64,000 nt of DNA from Brevibacterium luteolum (GTDB lineage: Bacteria; Actinomycetota; Actinomycetes; Actinomycetales; Brevibacteriaceae): NCBI RefSeq assembly GCF_013004595.1, contig NZ_JABEMC010000005.1, positions 186,001 through 250,000 on the forward strand, written 5' to 3'. Position numbers and translations under genes: made by a program. Within the stretch, counting starts at the first letter, position 1. Every line of letters begins with the position of its first letter. This document shows positions 1 to 10,577 of this stretch, in pieces. The notes beneath the pieces were generated by a model that was not told where the DNA came from, did no database searches, and saw only the letters and a program-made list of their open reading frames with translations.

Positions 1-2
1 AC

Positions 3-1880
3 GACCAGATCTTCGTGCCTGAGTACAACCTCGGCGCGATGGAGAACCCTGGCCTGGTGACCTTCACCGACTCCCTCATCTTCCGCGACAAGGTCACCCG
101 CGCCTCCTATGAGGCGCGCGCCAACGTCATCCTGCACGAGATGGCGCACATGTGGTTCGGCGACCTCGTCACGATGGCGTGGTGGGATGACCTGTGGCTC
201 AAAGAGTCGTTTGCCGACTACATGGGCGGGCTCGCCCTAGCCGAGGCGACCGAGTTCGATGACGGCTGGGTGACCTTCGCCCTGCAGCGCAAGGGCTGGG
301 CGTACCGGCAGGACCAGTACCCGACGACGCATCCGATCGTCGCCGACATCCCCGATGTCGAGGCCGCCAAGCTCAACTTCGACGGCATCACCTACGCCAA
401 GGGCGCCTCGGTGCTCAAGCAGCTCGTCGCCTACGTCGGCCAGGACGCCTTCATGGCCGGCACCCGCCAGTACTTCCGCGCCCACGAGTTCGGCACCGCC
501 ACCCTCACCGACTTCCTCGCAGCCCTCGAAGCCGCCGCCCCGGACCGCGATCTGGCCGCCTGGGCCGACGCGTGGCTGAAGACGACCGGGGTCTCCGAGC
601 TCAGCTTGGAGATCGACACGGATGACGAGGGCACGATCACCGCCGCCGAGGTGGTGCAGCGCAATTCCGGGACCGGCACCTCGGGTGCGGCAGACGCCGG
701 CGCCGAGGTAGTGCGCCCGCACCGGCTGCAGCTCGCCGGGTTCACACGGAAGGGCAAGGTGCTGGAGCTGACGCAGACGTGGGAGATCGACTTCGGAGAT
801 GCCCGCACCGAGGTGCCCGGGCTCGTCGGCACGAAGCGCCCGGATCTGCTGCTGCTGAATTACGGTGACGACGATTTCGTCAAGGTCCGCCTCGATGAGG
901 CCTCGAGGCAGACGGCGCTCAAGCATGTGTCCCGGTTCGCCGATCCGATGGACCGGGCGCTGGTGTGGTCGGCGCTGACGAATGCGATGCGCGACGGGCT
1001 ACTGCCGGTCACCGACTTCCTCACCGCCTACAGCCGGTCGCTTAGCCGCGAGACCCATGCCGGGATCTCGGCTGCGCTCATGCGCACGATGCTCACCGCG
1101 CTCGATGAGTGGCTGCCCGAGCGCTTCGTCGACCCGGCCCTCGACGGGCTGCTCGGTGTCAGCTTCGATGCGCTGGCGGCTTCGAAGCCGGGTTCGGATG
1201 AGCAGCTGGCGCTGGCCCGCACGCTGCTCTCCCTCGTGCTGCGCAGTGCGAAGGTCCGCACGTCGACCCCGCCGGTGCGTGCGGGCCGGGAGCTGGCCCA
1301 GGCGATGCTCGCCATTGAGGCCGGTTCCGATATGCGCCCGGACTTCCCGGGCCTGACGATCGACCATGCGCTGCGCTGGCATGCGCTCACCGCGCTGGCG
1401 ACCCTCGGCTGGGCCGATGTGCCGGATATCGACGCGGCGCTGGCGGCCGATCAGACCGGTTCGGGCCGGCTGCACGCCCTGACCGCCGAGGCCGCCCGGC
1501 CGCTGCCGATCGCCAAGCAGCGGGCGTTCACCGCAGCGACGAGTGATGAGTCGCTGAGCAATGACGTCATCTCTGCGCGCATCGCCGGGTTCACGGTGTC
1601 CTCCGGCCTGCCGATCACCGAGCCGTTCGTCGAGGAGTACTTCCGGCTGCTCGCAGGCTTCTGGGATCGGTCGATCGAGATCGCCCGCCGGCTCGTCAAA
1701 GAGCTCTACCCCAGCTGGTCGATCCGCCCGGATGAGGTGCTGCAGATGACCGATGACTGGCTGGAGTCGAACCCGGATGCCCCGGCCGCCCAGCGGCGCC
1801 TGCTCATCGAACGCCGCGATGACCTCGCCCGTTCGATCCGGCTCCGGGCCGCCGATGAGGACACCGCTGGCAAGCACTGA
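3..1880 (+). CDS. pepN: Aminopeptidase N (M1 family), 5'-truncated by the window edge
   Basis: GAMEN motif, HEMAH-x18-E zinc motif, FDGITYAKG; the frame is open from the window start. Confidence 0.95.
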   Translation, partial: DQIFVPEYNLGAMENPGLVTFTDSLIFRDKVTRASYEARANVILHEMAHMWFGDLVTMAWWDDLWLKESFADYMGGLALAEATEFDDGWVTFALQRKGWAYRQDQYPTTHPIVADIPDVEAAKLNFDGITYAKGASVLKQLVAYVGQDAFMAGTRQYFRAHEFGTATLTDFLAALEAAAPDRDLAAWADAWLKTTGVSELSLEIDTDDEGTITAAEVVQRNSGTGTSGAADAGAEVVRPHRLQLAGFTRKGKVLELTQTWEIDFGDARTEVPGLVGTKRPDLLLLNYGDDDFVKVRLDEASRQTALKHVSRFADPMDRALVWSALTNAMRDGLLPVTDFLTAYSRSLSRETHAGISAALMRTMLTALDEWLPERFVDPALDGLLGVSFDALAASKPGSDEQLALARTLLSLVLRSAKVRTSTPPVRAGRELAQAMLAIEAGSDMRPDFPGLTIDHALRWHALTALATLGWADVPDIDAALAADQTGSGRLHALTAEAARPLPIAKQRAFTAATSDESLSNDVISARIAGFTVSSGLPITEPFVEEYFRLLAGFWDRSIEIARRLVKELYPSWSIRPDEVLQMTDDWLESNPDAPAAQRRLLIERRDDLARSIRLRAADEDTAGKH

Positions 1881-2087
1881 ACGATCGCCAGCAGACCTCC
1901 CGCTGGGAGCCGGTGGTGACAGCCGTGTTCATTCGGCCAGATGACCCGCGGTGCCGGTTCGCTGGAGTGCGGCTCAGGCGCGACGACAGGAAGGCAGTCG
2001 AACCAGGCGACAGAACCACAGCGTAGAGAAACCCCACCGACCCCTGTCTGCGAATCGGGAGCGATGGGGTTGCTCGACGGCATCGGC

Positions 2088-2612
2088 TCATATTCTCGGG
2101 AAGCGGCGCTTCTCGTCGAACGGCTTGACTTCGAACATGTCGATCCCGCGATCTTTCAGCCCCTGAAGTACGCGTTCGCTGACGATCCACGCATAGCTGT
2201 GGGCTCGCTCGCGCCAGGCGTATGAGCTGATCTCGCTCGTACCCTCGGTGTTCTCAGCGAATCCGACGTAGCCCTCGACTCGCCCTTCGTTCACGCTGAA
2301 GAGGTCAACATCGAACGTTGAGCACCCTGTCACACCGAGGTCGGCCACTGCGTCGGCGAAGCGCTGGGACACAAGCGTCGGAGGACCACCCCAGAGAATA
2401 TCGCCGCGGCGCTTGCCGCGACTGTCGGTACTGCGTTCGAACCACACAGGAAACGGGATCTCATCGAGTTTCCCGTCAGCCACGACATCGAACACCTCTC
2501 GTCCGTCCTCAAGCGTGGGAGAGCCCAGATCCGGACGGCCCTCCCAGGTCGTGTGAATCCAGAAGTCCCGCTGAGAACTCAGCGGCAAGATTTTGTACCA
2601 CGCGGTCACCAT
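2088..2612 (-). CDS. Hypothetical protein, possibly Imm11/DUF1629-like immunity protein
   Basis: GAAGGAG RBS before ATG; duplicated motifs LVSQRFADAV...GVTG and IVSERVLQGL...GI resemble Imm11; atypical codon usage. Confidence 0.55.
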   Translation of the reverse strand: MVTAWYKILPLSSQRDFWIHTTWEGRPDLGSPTLEDGREVFDVVADGKLDEIPFPVWFERSTDSRGKRRGDILWGGPPTLVSQRFADAVADLGVTGCSTFDVDLFSVNEGRVEGYVGFAENTEGTSEISSYAWRERAHSYAWIVSERVLQGLKDRGIDMFEVKPFDEKRRFPRI

Positions 2613-2967
2613 GCACTCCTTCCGTCAACACTGATAGTACGTGTCGGAAGCGTTGTGCGTTTCTGCGCGCGGATCTGGAGACGCAGCCCGGCCACGGCTC
2701 CTGGAACAAACCGAACCGGGTCTGCGATCACGGATCGGCACCCGTGTGGCTGAGGTGCTGAGTGCGTTCCTCGCCTTCACAGGGGCGTGGCTTACTCCCG
2801 TGTGTGCGAGCTTCAAGCAGGCTCACGCAGCAGTCTGGCCGAGCCGCGTCCTGCTTCCGAAGCTCACGTTGAGAAGGCTGGCCGCCGAGTCTCCGTGTGT
2901 TGCCAGCGCCGAAACCGCAGAGCACCTGCGCACGGATGGAAGCGCCGGTGCGGTGTACGCATCTGCC

Positions 2968-4038
2968 TCAGTCGGCGAGCGCCTCGGCGACGAGCTCGAG
3001 GGTGCGCACACGCGCCGGTGCCGCATCGAGCGGATCGGACTCGTAGGAGCCGGCGACCGGCTGGAGCATGATCTCGTCGACGCCGAACCGCTCGGCATCG
3101 GCCCGCAGCTTGGCTGCTACCTGATCCGGAGTGCCGATCGCCCACGGGGCGGTCATCTGCTCCGCCAGCGCGCGGTGGCCATCGGTCATGAGCTCATCGA
3201 CGCGCGCGCCGACGGTCGGCAGCGGGCGCATCGGGTCGCCGACGCGCAGATTCGCCATCGTGTACTGGTAGGGGCCGGCGAGCTTCCACGCCTCTTCTTC
3301 GGTCTCAGCGGCGATCGTGTTGACGGTGACGAAGGTCTTCGGCGTGCTGCCGTACTCGGTGGCGGTGAACTCGCTGCGGTAGAGCCCCAGCGCCGTCTCG
3401 GTGCCGCGGCCGGCGAAGTGGTGGGCGAAGACGTAGGGCAGTCCGAGGGCGGCAGCGAGCTGAGCGGAGTACCCGCTCGAACCCAGCAGCCACACCTGGG
3501 GTGCGGCATCGAGATGCGGAGTCGGTGAGAGCCGGTGCACCCTGTCGCCGAACATCGGGATCTCCGCACCACCGGGGCTGAAGAGGCTGAGGATGTCGAC
3601 GATGTGCTGCGGGAACTGCTCGACCGGGTCGAGGGTGTTGCCGGCGCGGTCGACCATGCGGCCCTCGCCGAGGTGACCGCGCATCGCCGCTGAGGTGATC
3701 GGGTCGGTGCCCGGTGCACGGCCGATGCCCAGGTCGATGCGGTCGCCGTAGGCGGCGGTCAGCAGGGCGAACTGCTCGGCAACGGCCAGCGGTGCGTGGT
3801 TGGGCAGCATGACGCCGCCGGAGCCCAGCCGGATCTGTTCGGTGTCCTGGCCGAGGTACATCAGCTCGGTGGCCGGGGCTGTCGAGGCGACTGAGGGCAT
3901 GTTGTGGTGCTCGGCCACCCAGTAGCGGGTGAAGCCGAGACGGTCGGCGGTGTCGACGAGCTGTTTGGAGGCGCGCAGGGCCTGACCGGTCGTCTGGCCA
4001 TCGCGCACAGAGATGAGATCGAGAACGGAGAGCTTCAT
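2968..4038 (-). CDS. Luciferase-like (LLM class) flavin-dependent oxidoreductase
   Basis: MKLSVLDL, GFTRYWVAEHH, RLGSGGVMLPNH, RIDLGIGRAPG; start moved to ATG 4038. Confidence 0.92.
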   Translation of the reverse strand: MKLSVLDLISVRDGQTTGQALRASKQLVDTADRLGFTRYWVAEHHNMPSVASTAPATELMYLGQDTEQIRLGSGGVMLPNHAPLAVAEQFALLTAAYGDRIDLGIGRAPGTDPITSAAMRGHLGEGRMVDRAGNTLDPVEQFPQHIVDILSLFSPGGAEIPMFGDRVHRLSPTPHLDAAPQVWLLGSSGYSAQLAAALGLPYVFAHHFAGRGTETALGLYRSEFTATEYGSTPKTFVTVNTIAAETEEEAWKLAGPYQYTMANLRVGDPMRPLPTVGARVDELMTDGHRALAEQMTAPWAIGTPDQVAAKLRADAERFGVDEIMLQPVAGSYESDPLDAAPARVRTLELVAEALAD

Positions 4039-4131
4039 ATCCGAACGAACAGTGTGCGCAGGCCGAACATTCCCGCTCACAGTGCGGACAGCAATGGCCT
4101 GATTGTGAGACACATGGCACCCTCGGGGACT

Positions 4132-5121
4132 ATGACGAAACCGCCCGAATCCACCGCCGCAGACTCTGCGGCCGTGCAGCCGCCGATCGCCCGCGACCCG
4201 CGACAGGAGCGCAATGCCCGCATCGCGGTGACGGTCTTCCCGCTGCTCGTCCTCGGCGGCGGCATCATCGGCTTCCTCGCCCCCGGTGCCTTCACCCCGA
4301 TGGCTGCGGCGGTGCCGTGGCTGCTCGGCGTCGTCATGTTCTTCATGGGCCTGACGCTGACGCTGCCGGACTTCACCCGCATCGCCAAACGGCCATGGGT
4401 CGTGGCGATCGGCCTGGGCGCCCAGTACGTCATCATGCCACTGGCCGGCTGGCTGGTGGCCACCGCGCTCGGCCTGCCGCCGGAACTGGCCGTCGGCGTC
4501 ATCCTCGTCGGCTGTGCACCCGGCGGCACTGCCTCGAATGTCGTGACCTACCTCGGCCGCGGCGATGTCGCCCTGTCGGTGACGATCACCACCTGTTCGA
4601 CGCTGCTCGCCCCGCTGCTGACACCGATCCTGACGCTGTGGCTGGCCGGGCAGTTCATGGAGGTCAGCGCTGCCGCGATGATGATGTCGATCGTCAAGAC
4701 CGTCTTCGTCCCGGTCGTCGCCGGTGTCCTCATCCGCGCCTTGGCCGGACGTCTGGTCGATGCGATCATGCCGGCGCTACCGTGGCTGTCGACCCTGGCG
4801 ATCACACTCATTGTCGCGATCGTCGTCGCCGGCTCCGCCGGCGCCCTCGTCTCAGCCGGCGTGCTCGTCATCGTCGCGGTCATCCTGCACAACTGCGTCG
4901 GCCTCAGCATGGGGTATGCCGTCGGCCGACTCACCGGCCTGAGCGCACCGGAGCGCCGCGCACTGACCTTCGAGGTCGGCCTGCAGAACTCCGGTCTGGC
5001 AGCGACCCTGGCCACAACCTACTTCTCACCGCTTGCCGCCCTGCCGGGCGCAGTGTTCTCGGTGTGGCACAACGTCTCCGGTGCCGTCATGGCGGCATTC
5101 TTCGCCCGCCGCGCCGACTGA
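4132..5121 (+). CDS. Bile acid:sodium symporter (BASS) family transporter
   Basis: CAPGGTASNV and EVGLQNSGLA motifs, multiple hydrophobic helices; start could be 4114. Confidence 0.92.
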   Translation: MTKPPESTAADSAAVQPPIARDPRQERNARIAVTVFPLLVLGGGIIGFLAPGAFTPMAAAVPWLLGVVMFFMGLTLTLPDFTRIAKRPWVVAIGLGAQYVIMPLAGWLVATALGLPPELAVGVILVGCAPGGTASNVVTYLGRGDVALSVTITTCSTLLAPLLTPILTLWLAGQFMEVSAAAMMMSIVKTVFVPVVAGVLIRALAGRLVDAIMPALPWLSTLAITLIVAIVVAGSAGALVSAGVLVIVAVILHNCVGLSMGYAVGRLTGLSAPERRALTFEVGLQNSGLAATLATTYFSPLAALPGAVFSVWHNVSGAVMAAFFARRAD

Positions 5122-5302
5122 AGGCCGAAACGCGATACCGTCTGAGCACCGGCCTCAATACCACCGGCCTCAAGCGCACTGACCTCCTCGAGCATGGGCA
5201 CCCGGTGCGCGCCTGCGCACGGGCAGGACACCGTGCGAAGGCGGCCGCCGGGATTCCCCCAAGCGGCCGCCTTGTCAATGCCTCAGCTCAGCTGAGCTCA
5301 GC

Positions 5303-6667
5303 TCACTTGGCTGCCTCGTCGAAGGCGGCTTCGAGCACATCGAAGGCATCAGCGAGCAGCTCATCGGAGATCGACAGCGGCGGCAGGAAGCGCAGCACGT
5401 TGCCGAAAGTTCCGGTGACGAGGACGAGCACGCCGTTCTTCGCGGCGTAGTCGGCCACGGCCTTCGCGAGCTCCGGCTTCGGCTCGGAGGTCTCGGCGTC
5501 GACGAGCTCAACGGCCTGCATGGCACCGCGGCCGCGGATGTCACCGATCTCCGGGTGGGCCGACTGGATCTTCGTCATCCGGTCGACGATCGTCTCACCG
5601 ATCGCAGACGCGCGCTCGACGAGGCCGTCGTTCTCGTAGGCCTCGATCGCACCGAGGGCTGCGGCCACGGCGGTCGGGTTGCCGCCGTAGGTGCCGCCGA
5701 GCCCACCGGCGCCCACAGCGTCCATGATCTCCGCACGGCCGGTGACAGCCGAGAGCGGCAGGCCGCCGGCGATGCCCTTGGCGGTGGTGACGAGGTCGGG
5801 CTCGATGCCCTCCCATTCGCTGGCGAACATCTTGCCGGTCCGGCCGAAGCCGGCCTGGACCTCATCCGAGATGAAGACGATGCCGTTCTTATTGGCGTAT
5901 TCGACCAGTGCCGGCAGGAAGCCCTCGGCCGGGACGATGAAGCCGCCCTCGCCCTGGATCGGCTCGATGAGGATCGCGGCGACGTTCTCGGCGCCGATCT
6001 GCTTGTCGATCATCGTCATGACGCGCTTGGCCGCGTCCTCACCGGAGACCTTGGTGCCGTAGGTGAGGTTGTCGCGGTACGGGTACGACATCGGTGCGCG
6101 GTAGACCTCGCCGGCCAGCGGGCCGAAGCCTGCCTTGTACGGGTGGGCCTTGGCGGTCAGTGCCATCGTGAGGTTGGTGCGGCCGTGGTAGGCGTGGTCG
6201 AAGGCGACGACGGCGTTGCGCTTAGTGTGGGCGCGGGCGATCTTGATCGCGTTCTCCACCGCCTCGGCACCGGAGTTGAACAGCGCCGAGCGCTTCTCGA
6301 AGCTGCCTGGGGTCAGGCGGTTGAGCGCCTCGGCGACCTCGACGTAACCCTCATACGGGTTGACCATGAAGCAGGTGTGGGTGAAGGCGCCGAGCTGCTC
6401 GGTGGCGCGCTCGACGACACGCTCATTGGAGTTGCCGACGGTGGTCACGGCGATGCCGGAGCCGAGGTCGATGATCTGGTTGCCGTCGATGTCCTTGAGG
6501 ATGCCACCACCGGCGGCGACGATGTAGGCCGGGAGGCTGACGCCGACGCCGCCTGCCACAGAGGCCTTGCGACGCGACTCGAGCTCCTGGGACTTCGGCC
6601 CGGGGATCTCAGTGACAAGTTTGCGTTCCTGCGGCAGTCCAGCGCCGCCCTTTTCCAAAGTGGTCAT
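5303..6667 (-). CDS. gabT: 4-aminobutyrate--2-oxoglutarate transaminase (class III PLP)
   Basis: FNSGAEAVENA, YHGRT, EPIQGEGG, DEVQAGFGRTG, TTAKGIAGG. Confidence 0.92.
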   Translation of the reverse strand: MTTLEKGGAGLPQERKLVTEIPGPKSQELESRRKASVAGGVGVSLPAYIVAAGGGILKDIDGNQIIDLGSGIAVTTVGNSNERVVERATEQLGAFTHTCFMVNPYEGYVEVAEALNRLTPGSFEKRSALFNSGAEAVENAIKIARAHTKRNAVVAFDHAYHGRTNLTMALTAKAHPYKAGFGPLAGEVYRAPMSYPYRDNLTYGTKVSGEDAAKRVMTMIDKQIGAENVAAILIEPIQGEGGFIVPAEGFLPALVEYANKNGIVFISDEVQAGFGRTGKMFASEWEGIEPDLVTTAKGIAGGLPLSAVTGRAEIMDAVGAGGLGGTYGGNPTAVAAALGAIEAYENDGLVERASAIGETIVDRMTKIQSAHPEIGDIRGRGAMQAVELVDAETSEPKPELAKAVADYAAKNGVLVLVTGTFGNVLRFLPPLSISDELLADAFDVLEAAFDEAAK

Positions 6668-6784
6668 ATCCGCATCGTAGACCCCGCACGCCCGTCGGGG
6701 CACGTCAGGTACCAGCACGCGAAACGCCGCCTCTCGTCTGGCTCCCGCACCCGAGGTGCCGGTCACGTTTCCGTGCCCGAGGTG

Positions 6785-7972
6785 TCAGCGGGCTCCGGGC
6801 AGCCGGCGCGGGTCGATGGCCGGGTTGCGTGGGATCCTGGGCGGGGCCTCGCGGGTGCGGGTGGGGGTGACGATGACCTCGGCGTTGGCGGCGATCCGCT
6901 CCTCGGCCTCCTTTCCTGACCCGTCTGCTTCGGTGACGCTGGTGGCGACCATCAGCTCGGCATCGACAGGCAGGCTGCGCTTGATGAGGGCCAGGGCGAT
7001 CGGCCCGAGCTCCCAGTGCACCGCCGCCGAGGTGACAGCGCCGACGGCCCGCTGGGCGCCGCGGACTTCCGCGTAGATCGGCGAGCCGGGCTCAGGCAGG
7101 GTATGGGCGGACCCGTCGAGGTGGAGGAAGACCAGCCGGCGCGGGGGCTGGCCGAGGTTGTGGACGCGGGCGACGGCCTCCTGACCGCGGTAGCAGCCTT
7201 TGGCGAGGTGAACGGCCGAGCGCAGCACATCGAGTTCGCCGACGAGGGCCTTGTGGTCGGCATCGGCTGGGCCGGGCCGCCAGGCTTCGATGCGCAGCGC
7301 TTCGAAGGCATCCCGGCCGACGACCTCGACGCCGTCGGCTGCCGGATCCCAGTCGAGCAGCTCCCCCACCGGCACGACGGCGATGCGCATATCGACGAGG
7401 TGGCCCGGATGTCCGGGGCTCGGCGTCGCCTGCTGGGCGGAGACGTCAAGCTCGGCGTCGACCGCGGCGTAGGTAGCCGAGCCTGCGCCGATGTTCGGCC
7501 ACGGGTCGTCGAAGACGAAGGCGGCCGGCAGGGAGGCCGGCGGCTCGCCGATGACACCGAGGCACTGGAAGTCGCTGCTGCGGTCGGTGAGTTCGATGCG
7601 CATCATGAACTTCATCGATTCGAGGAACGCGATCGCCTCAGCCGGGTCGGTCTCGCTTAAGAGCCACAGGGTCTCGCCGTCTTCGTAGAGCTTGAGCCAG
7701 TGCTCGATGTGCCCGGTCGGTGAGAGCACGAGCGTCTCGCTCGACTGCCCGGCAGTCAGGGTGTCGATCTTCTGGGTGGTGAGCGTGTTGAGCCAGTTGA
7801 GCCGGTCGGGGCCGGTGAGAGAGAGGACGCTGACAGACGACAGGTCGGCCACAGCCTTGCCGTCGGCCAGGCGGCGCTGTTCGCGCAGCGGGCTGCCGAG
7901 GTGGGCGACCTCGTTCTCCCGGTGCCCGGTTCCGAACACGGCGGCTGAACGGTTGAAGCGCAGGGCGTTCAC
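6785..7972 (-). CDS. ygfZ: YgfZ/GcvT-like folate-binding protein
   Basis: KGCYRGQE signature; RBS GGAG before GTG. Confidence 0.9.
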   Translation of the reverse strand: MNALRFNRSAAVFGTGHRENEVAHLGSPLREQRRLADGKAVADLSSVSVLSLTGPDRLNWLNTLTTQKIDTLTAGQSSETLVLSPTGHIEHWLKLYEDGETLWLLSETDPAEAIAFLESMKFMMRIELTDRSSDFQCLGVIGEPPASLPAAFVFDDPWPNIGAGSATYAAVDAELDVSAQQATPSPGHPGHLVDMRIAVVPVGELLDWDPAADGVEVVGRDAFEALRIEAWRPGPADADHKALVGELDVLRSAVHLAKGCYRGQEAVARVHNLGQPPRRLVFLHLDGSAHTLPEPGSPIYAEVRGAQRAVGAVTSAAVHWELGPIALALIKRSLPVDAELMVATSVTEADGSGKEAEERIAANAEVIVTPTRTREAPPRIPRNPAIDPRRLPGAR

Positions 7973-8058
7973 GGCATTCTCCTCTTCACTGGCATCGGTC
8001 CTTCCGGCTCCACCGTACGCGACTGCGGTGGGCGCGGCACTCAGTCGTGAGGTGTTCG

Positions 8059-8841
8059 TCAGCCGCCGCGGCCGATGGGTGTGCGGACCTTCTTGAGCTG
8101 CTCTTCGAGCTCCCGGAACATGCTGTCGAGATCGATCTTGCCGATCGCATCGCCGATCCCCTCGATTGCCCCGGACAGCAGCCGGTAGAGGTCGCTGTCG
8201 GCCAGCTTGCGCATGACATTGAGCAACGGGCGCAGCTCGTCAGCAGCCTCGGTGAGCGTGGTGTCGAGTTCGTCGATGGCGTCACGGACCGGCGGCAGGA
8301 GGCCTGCGGTGTCGATGTCGTGGATCTTCTGCTGCGCCGCGTCGAAGGCCTCGATCGCGGCCGGGGCGTCGCGAATGACGTCGGTGGCCTTGTCGATGGC
8401 CTGGCCGGCATCGTCGATGGTGTCGAACCAGGTGCCGGAGTCCGGCAGCGGCCGCAGCTTCTGGGCCCGGAAGTCGACGACCTCAGCGGCGGTTGAGAGC
8501 ACCGGGCCGGCATCGCTGAGCAGCGTGTGCATCTCGTCGGTGACGGTGCGCACCGCGGCGACGTTGTCGCCGAGCTTCGGGGTCTGCGACAGTCCTGTCA
8601 GCGTCCACGTGTCGAGCCCATGCTGGGCGGATTCGAGTTCGTCGATCGCACTCTGCAGGTGTCTCGGGGCTGCCTCGGGTTCGTCGTAGAGCGCGGCGAC
8701 GTACTTGTCGGCGGCATCCGAGGCGTCCTGCAGGTCCTGGGCGACGGCGCTGATGCGCACATAGGCGAATGCTGCCAGCGCCGCGACGGCGAGCAGGATG
8801 ACGATGAGGGTGAGGCTGATGCCCAGCGTGCGGCGACGCAC
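8059..8841 (-). CDS. Membrane-anchored helical hypothetical protein (resembles the N-terminal part of DUF4012 proteins)
   Basis: N-terminal TM helix followed by coiled-coil-like sequence; host-like codon bias. Confidence 0.65.
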   Translation of the reverse strand: MRRRTLGISLTLIVILLAVAALAAFAYVRISAVAQDLQDASDAADKYVAALYDEPEAAPRHLQSAIDELESAQHGLDTWTLTGLSQTPKLGDNVAAVRTVTDEMHTLLSDAGPVLSTAAEVVDFRAQKLRPLPDSGTWFDTIDDAGQAIDKATDVIRDAPAAIEAFDAAQQKIHDIDTAGLLPPVRDAIDELDTTLTEAADELRPLLNVMRKLADSDLYRLLSGAIEGIGDAIGKIDLDSMFRELEEQLKKVRTPIGRGG

Positions 8842-8847
8842 GTCTGC

Positions 8848-9450
8848 TCAGCTCACCTTCTTCAGCCGGGCGGAGGCGTGGCTGGTGAGTTCGGTGCCGA
8901 GGGCGGCCATGTCCCACGCCCACATGAGCTCACCGTTGACGAGCCCGTACATGCGGGTCGAGGCGGTGTACTCCTTGGCGCTGCGGGTGCGGGCGACGAC
9001 ATCGGTGCTCAGGTCGATGCGCGGGCCGTTGACCCGGCCTGCGTAGAGCTCCATGATCCCGTTGGGGTGCACGATCGAGACGTCGAGGTCGAAGTCGCCG
9101 TTGTCGTTGCGCAGCCCTTCGACCGCCTCGGCGGTGGTGTAGGGCGACTCACCGGTGGGCACCATGAGGCCGGGGCCGGCGTCGAAGTCCTGCCGGTCGC
9201 GCACGAGCTGCCAGATCCCGGTCTCGATCGAGAGCGTGTCGGCAGGCGTACCGTCCTCATCGAGCGTCCACGCGTGTGCGGAGTACGCCAGATAGGGCAC
9301 GTCGCCGGGCACGGTGAAGTCGACGCGCTGGCCGAACTGCTTCTCCGGGGTGCCGGGGTAGCCGACGACGCCCACGCCTTCCCAGGAGCCGATCAGCCAG
9401 GACAGCGGGACGAGCTCGCGGTTGAGGTTCGCGTCGATCTCAAGCGGCAT
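8848..9450 (-). CDS. FABP-like/nitrobindin (DUF1794) family protein
   Basis: PLSWLIGSWEG, ETGIW, RMYGLVNGELMWAWDMAA, H-x-SARL. Confidence 0.88.
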   Translation of the reverse strand: MPLEIDANLNRELVPLSWLIGSWEGVGVVGYPGTPEKQFGQRVDFTVPGDVPYLAYSAHAWTLDEDGTPADTLSIETGIWQLVRDRQDFDAGPGLMVPTGESPYTTAEAVEGLRNDNGDFDLDVSIVHPNGIMELYAGRVNGPRIDLSTDVVARTRSAKEYTASTRMYGLVNGELMWAWDMAALGTELTSHASARLKKVS

Positions 9451-9459
9451 GACTGCCGA

Positions 9460-9576
9460 TCACCGGTTGGTCTTGAACAGGTTGGTGATGACCTTGACGG
9501 CCACGCCGAGCGTGCCGAGGGCGGCGAGGCCGACGAGTCCGGTGAAGACGATTTCCAAAGCAGCAATGTTGTCCAT
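9460..9576 (-). CDS. Small 38-aa single-TM membrane protein (not in the ORF track)
   Basis: MDNIAALEIVFTGLVGLAALGTLGVAVKVITNLFKTNR*; GC3-rich codons; ends 10 bp before the FABP gene start. Confidence 0.7.
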   Translation of the reverse strand: MDNIAALEIVFTGLVGLAALGTLGVAVKVITNLFKTNR

Positions 9577-9619
9577 GCGCTCGATTGTACCCACCGGTCA
9601 GCAGCGCTGCACTCGCGGC

Positions 9620-10417
9620 TCAGCGGTAGAGCAGGATCCGCTCCAGCAGGTAGACGACGGTGCCGCCGAGGGCCACCGGGGTGGCGCCGACGGCCAGCTG
9701 CACGGCGAACCGGCGGGCCTTGTCGCGGCGGCGCTCGCGCTGGATCCGCACGGCCTGGAACTTCGCGACCGCCATAATCGACAGCATCCGGTCGACGGCT
9801 GCCACGAGTAAACCCATCGCCCCGCCGAGCACGAGTGAGACGAAGAGGGTGACCGATCCTGAGTGCATGAGGGCTGCGACAACTCCGGCGCCGAGCACCG
9901 CGACAGCGAGTGCCAGCGGGGAGGTGTAGCGGGCCGGGAACGGCAGCGCGGTCGCAGCCTGGGCGAGGATGATCGCCACCAGAGCGACGACCACACCCTC
10001 CCGGTCACCGGGCACACTGAGGGCTGCGATCCAGCTGGCGGCCGAGAGCACGATGACCAGGCCCGCGACCTGGGCGGAGACGTTGGCGACAGCGTGGGAA
10101 GCATCGACGCCGCGGGCGAGGTTCTGCACGAACGCCCACAAAAGTCCGATGCCGGTGATCGTCGGCAGCCATTCGACATAGGGGGCGGATTCCTGCGCCC
10201 AGACGGCGGCCATCCCGGCCAGGCCGAAGAGCAGCAGCATGACGCCGGTGGCCCGCGGCTGCGGCGAGTCCGTCAGCCTCGGCCAGCCGTAGGCGAGTGC
10301 GGCGACGAGCACGGCAGCGGCAGCAGCCAGCGGCCCATAGCCGAGGAAGCTGGTGACACCCAGCCCAACGGCCAGGCCCAGCGCCACAGCAACACGTATC
10401 CATCTCATCAGCTTCAT
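9620..10417 (-). CDS. Multi-pass membrane protein, hypothetical
   Basis: About 8 hydrophobic segments; start ATG 10417 or 10408. Confidence 0.8.
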   Translation of the reverse strand: MKLMRWIRVAVALGLAVGLGVTSFLGYGPLAAAAAVLVAALAYGWPRLTDSPQPRATGVMLLLFGLAGMAAVWAQESAPYVEWLPTITGIGLLWAFVQNLARGVDASHAVANVSAQVAGLVIVLSAASWIAALSVPGDREGVVVALVAIILAQAATALPFPARYTSPLALAVAVLGAGVVAALMHSGSVTLFVSLVLGGAMGLLVAAVDRMLSIMAVAKFQAVRIQRERRRDKARRFAVQLAVGATPVALGGTVVYLLERILLYR

Positions 10418-10577
10418 TGTGCCGTACACCGCACTGATCCGACACTCAGGCACCGGCCTCACCGGCGCACCCACCTCGTTATACTGACGCCAGAGCGTCT
10501 CCCTCCACCGGGCCCGGCGGCGGCCGGCCCGCAGTGTCCGGGGAGGCAGGGAATGCGTCGCGTGGAGGAGATTGCCC

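Noticed and set aside
2641..2960. Toxin gene upstream of the Imm11-like ORF
   Set aside because: No ORF with toxin motifs or credible codon bias.
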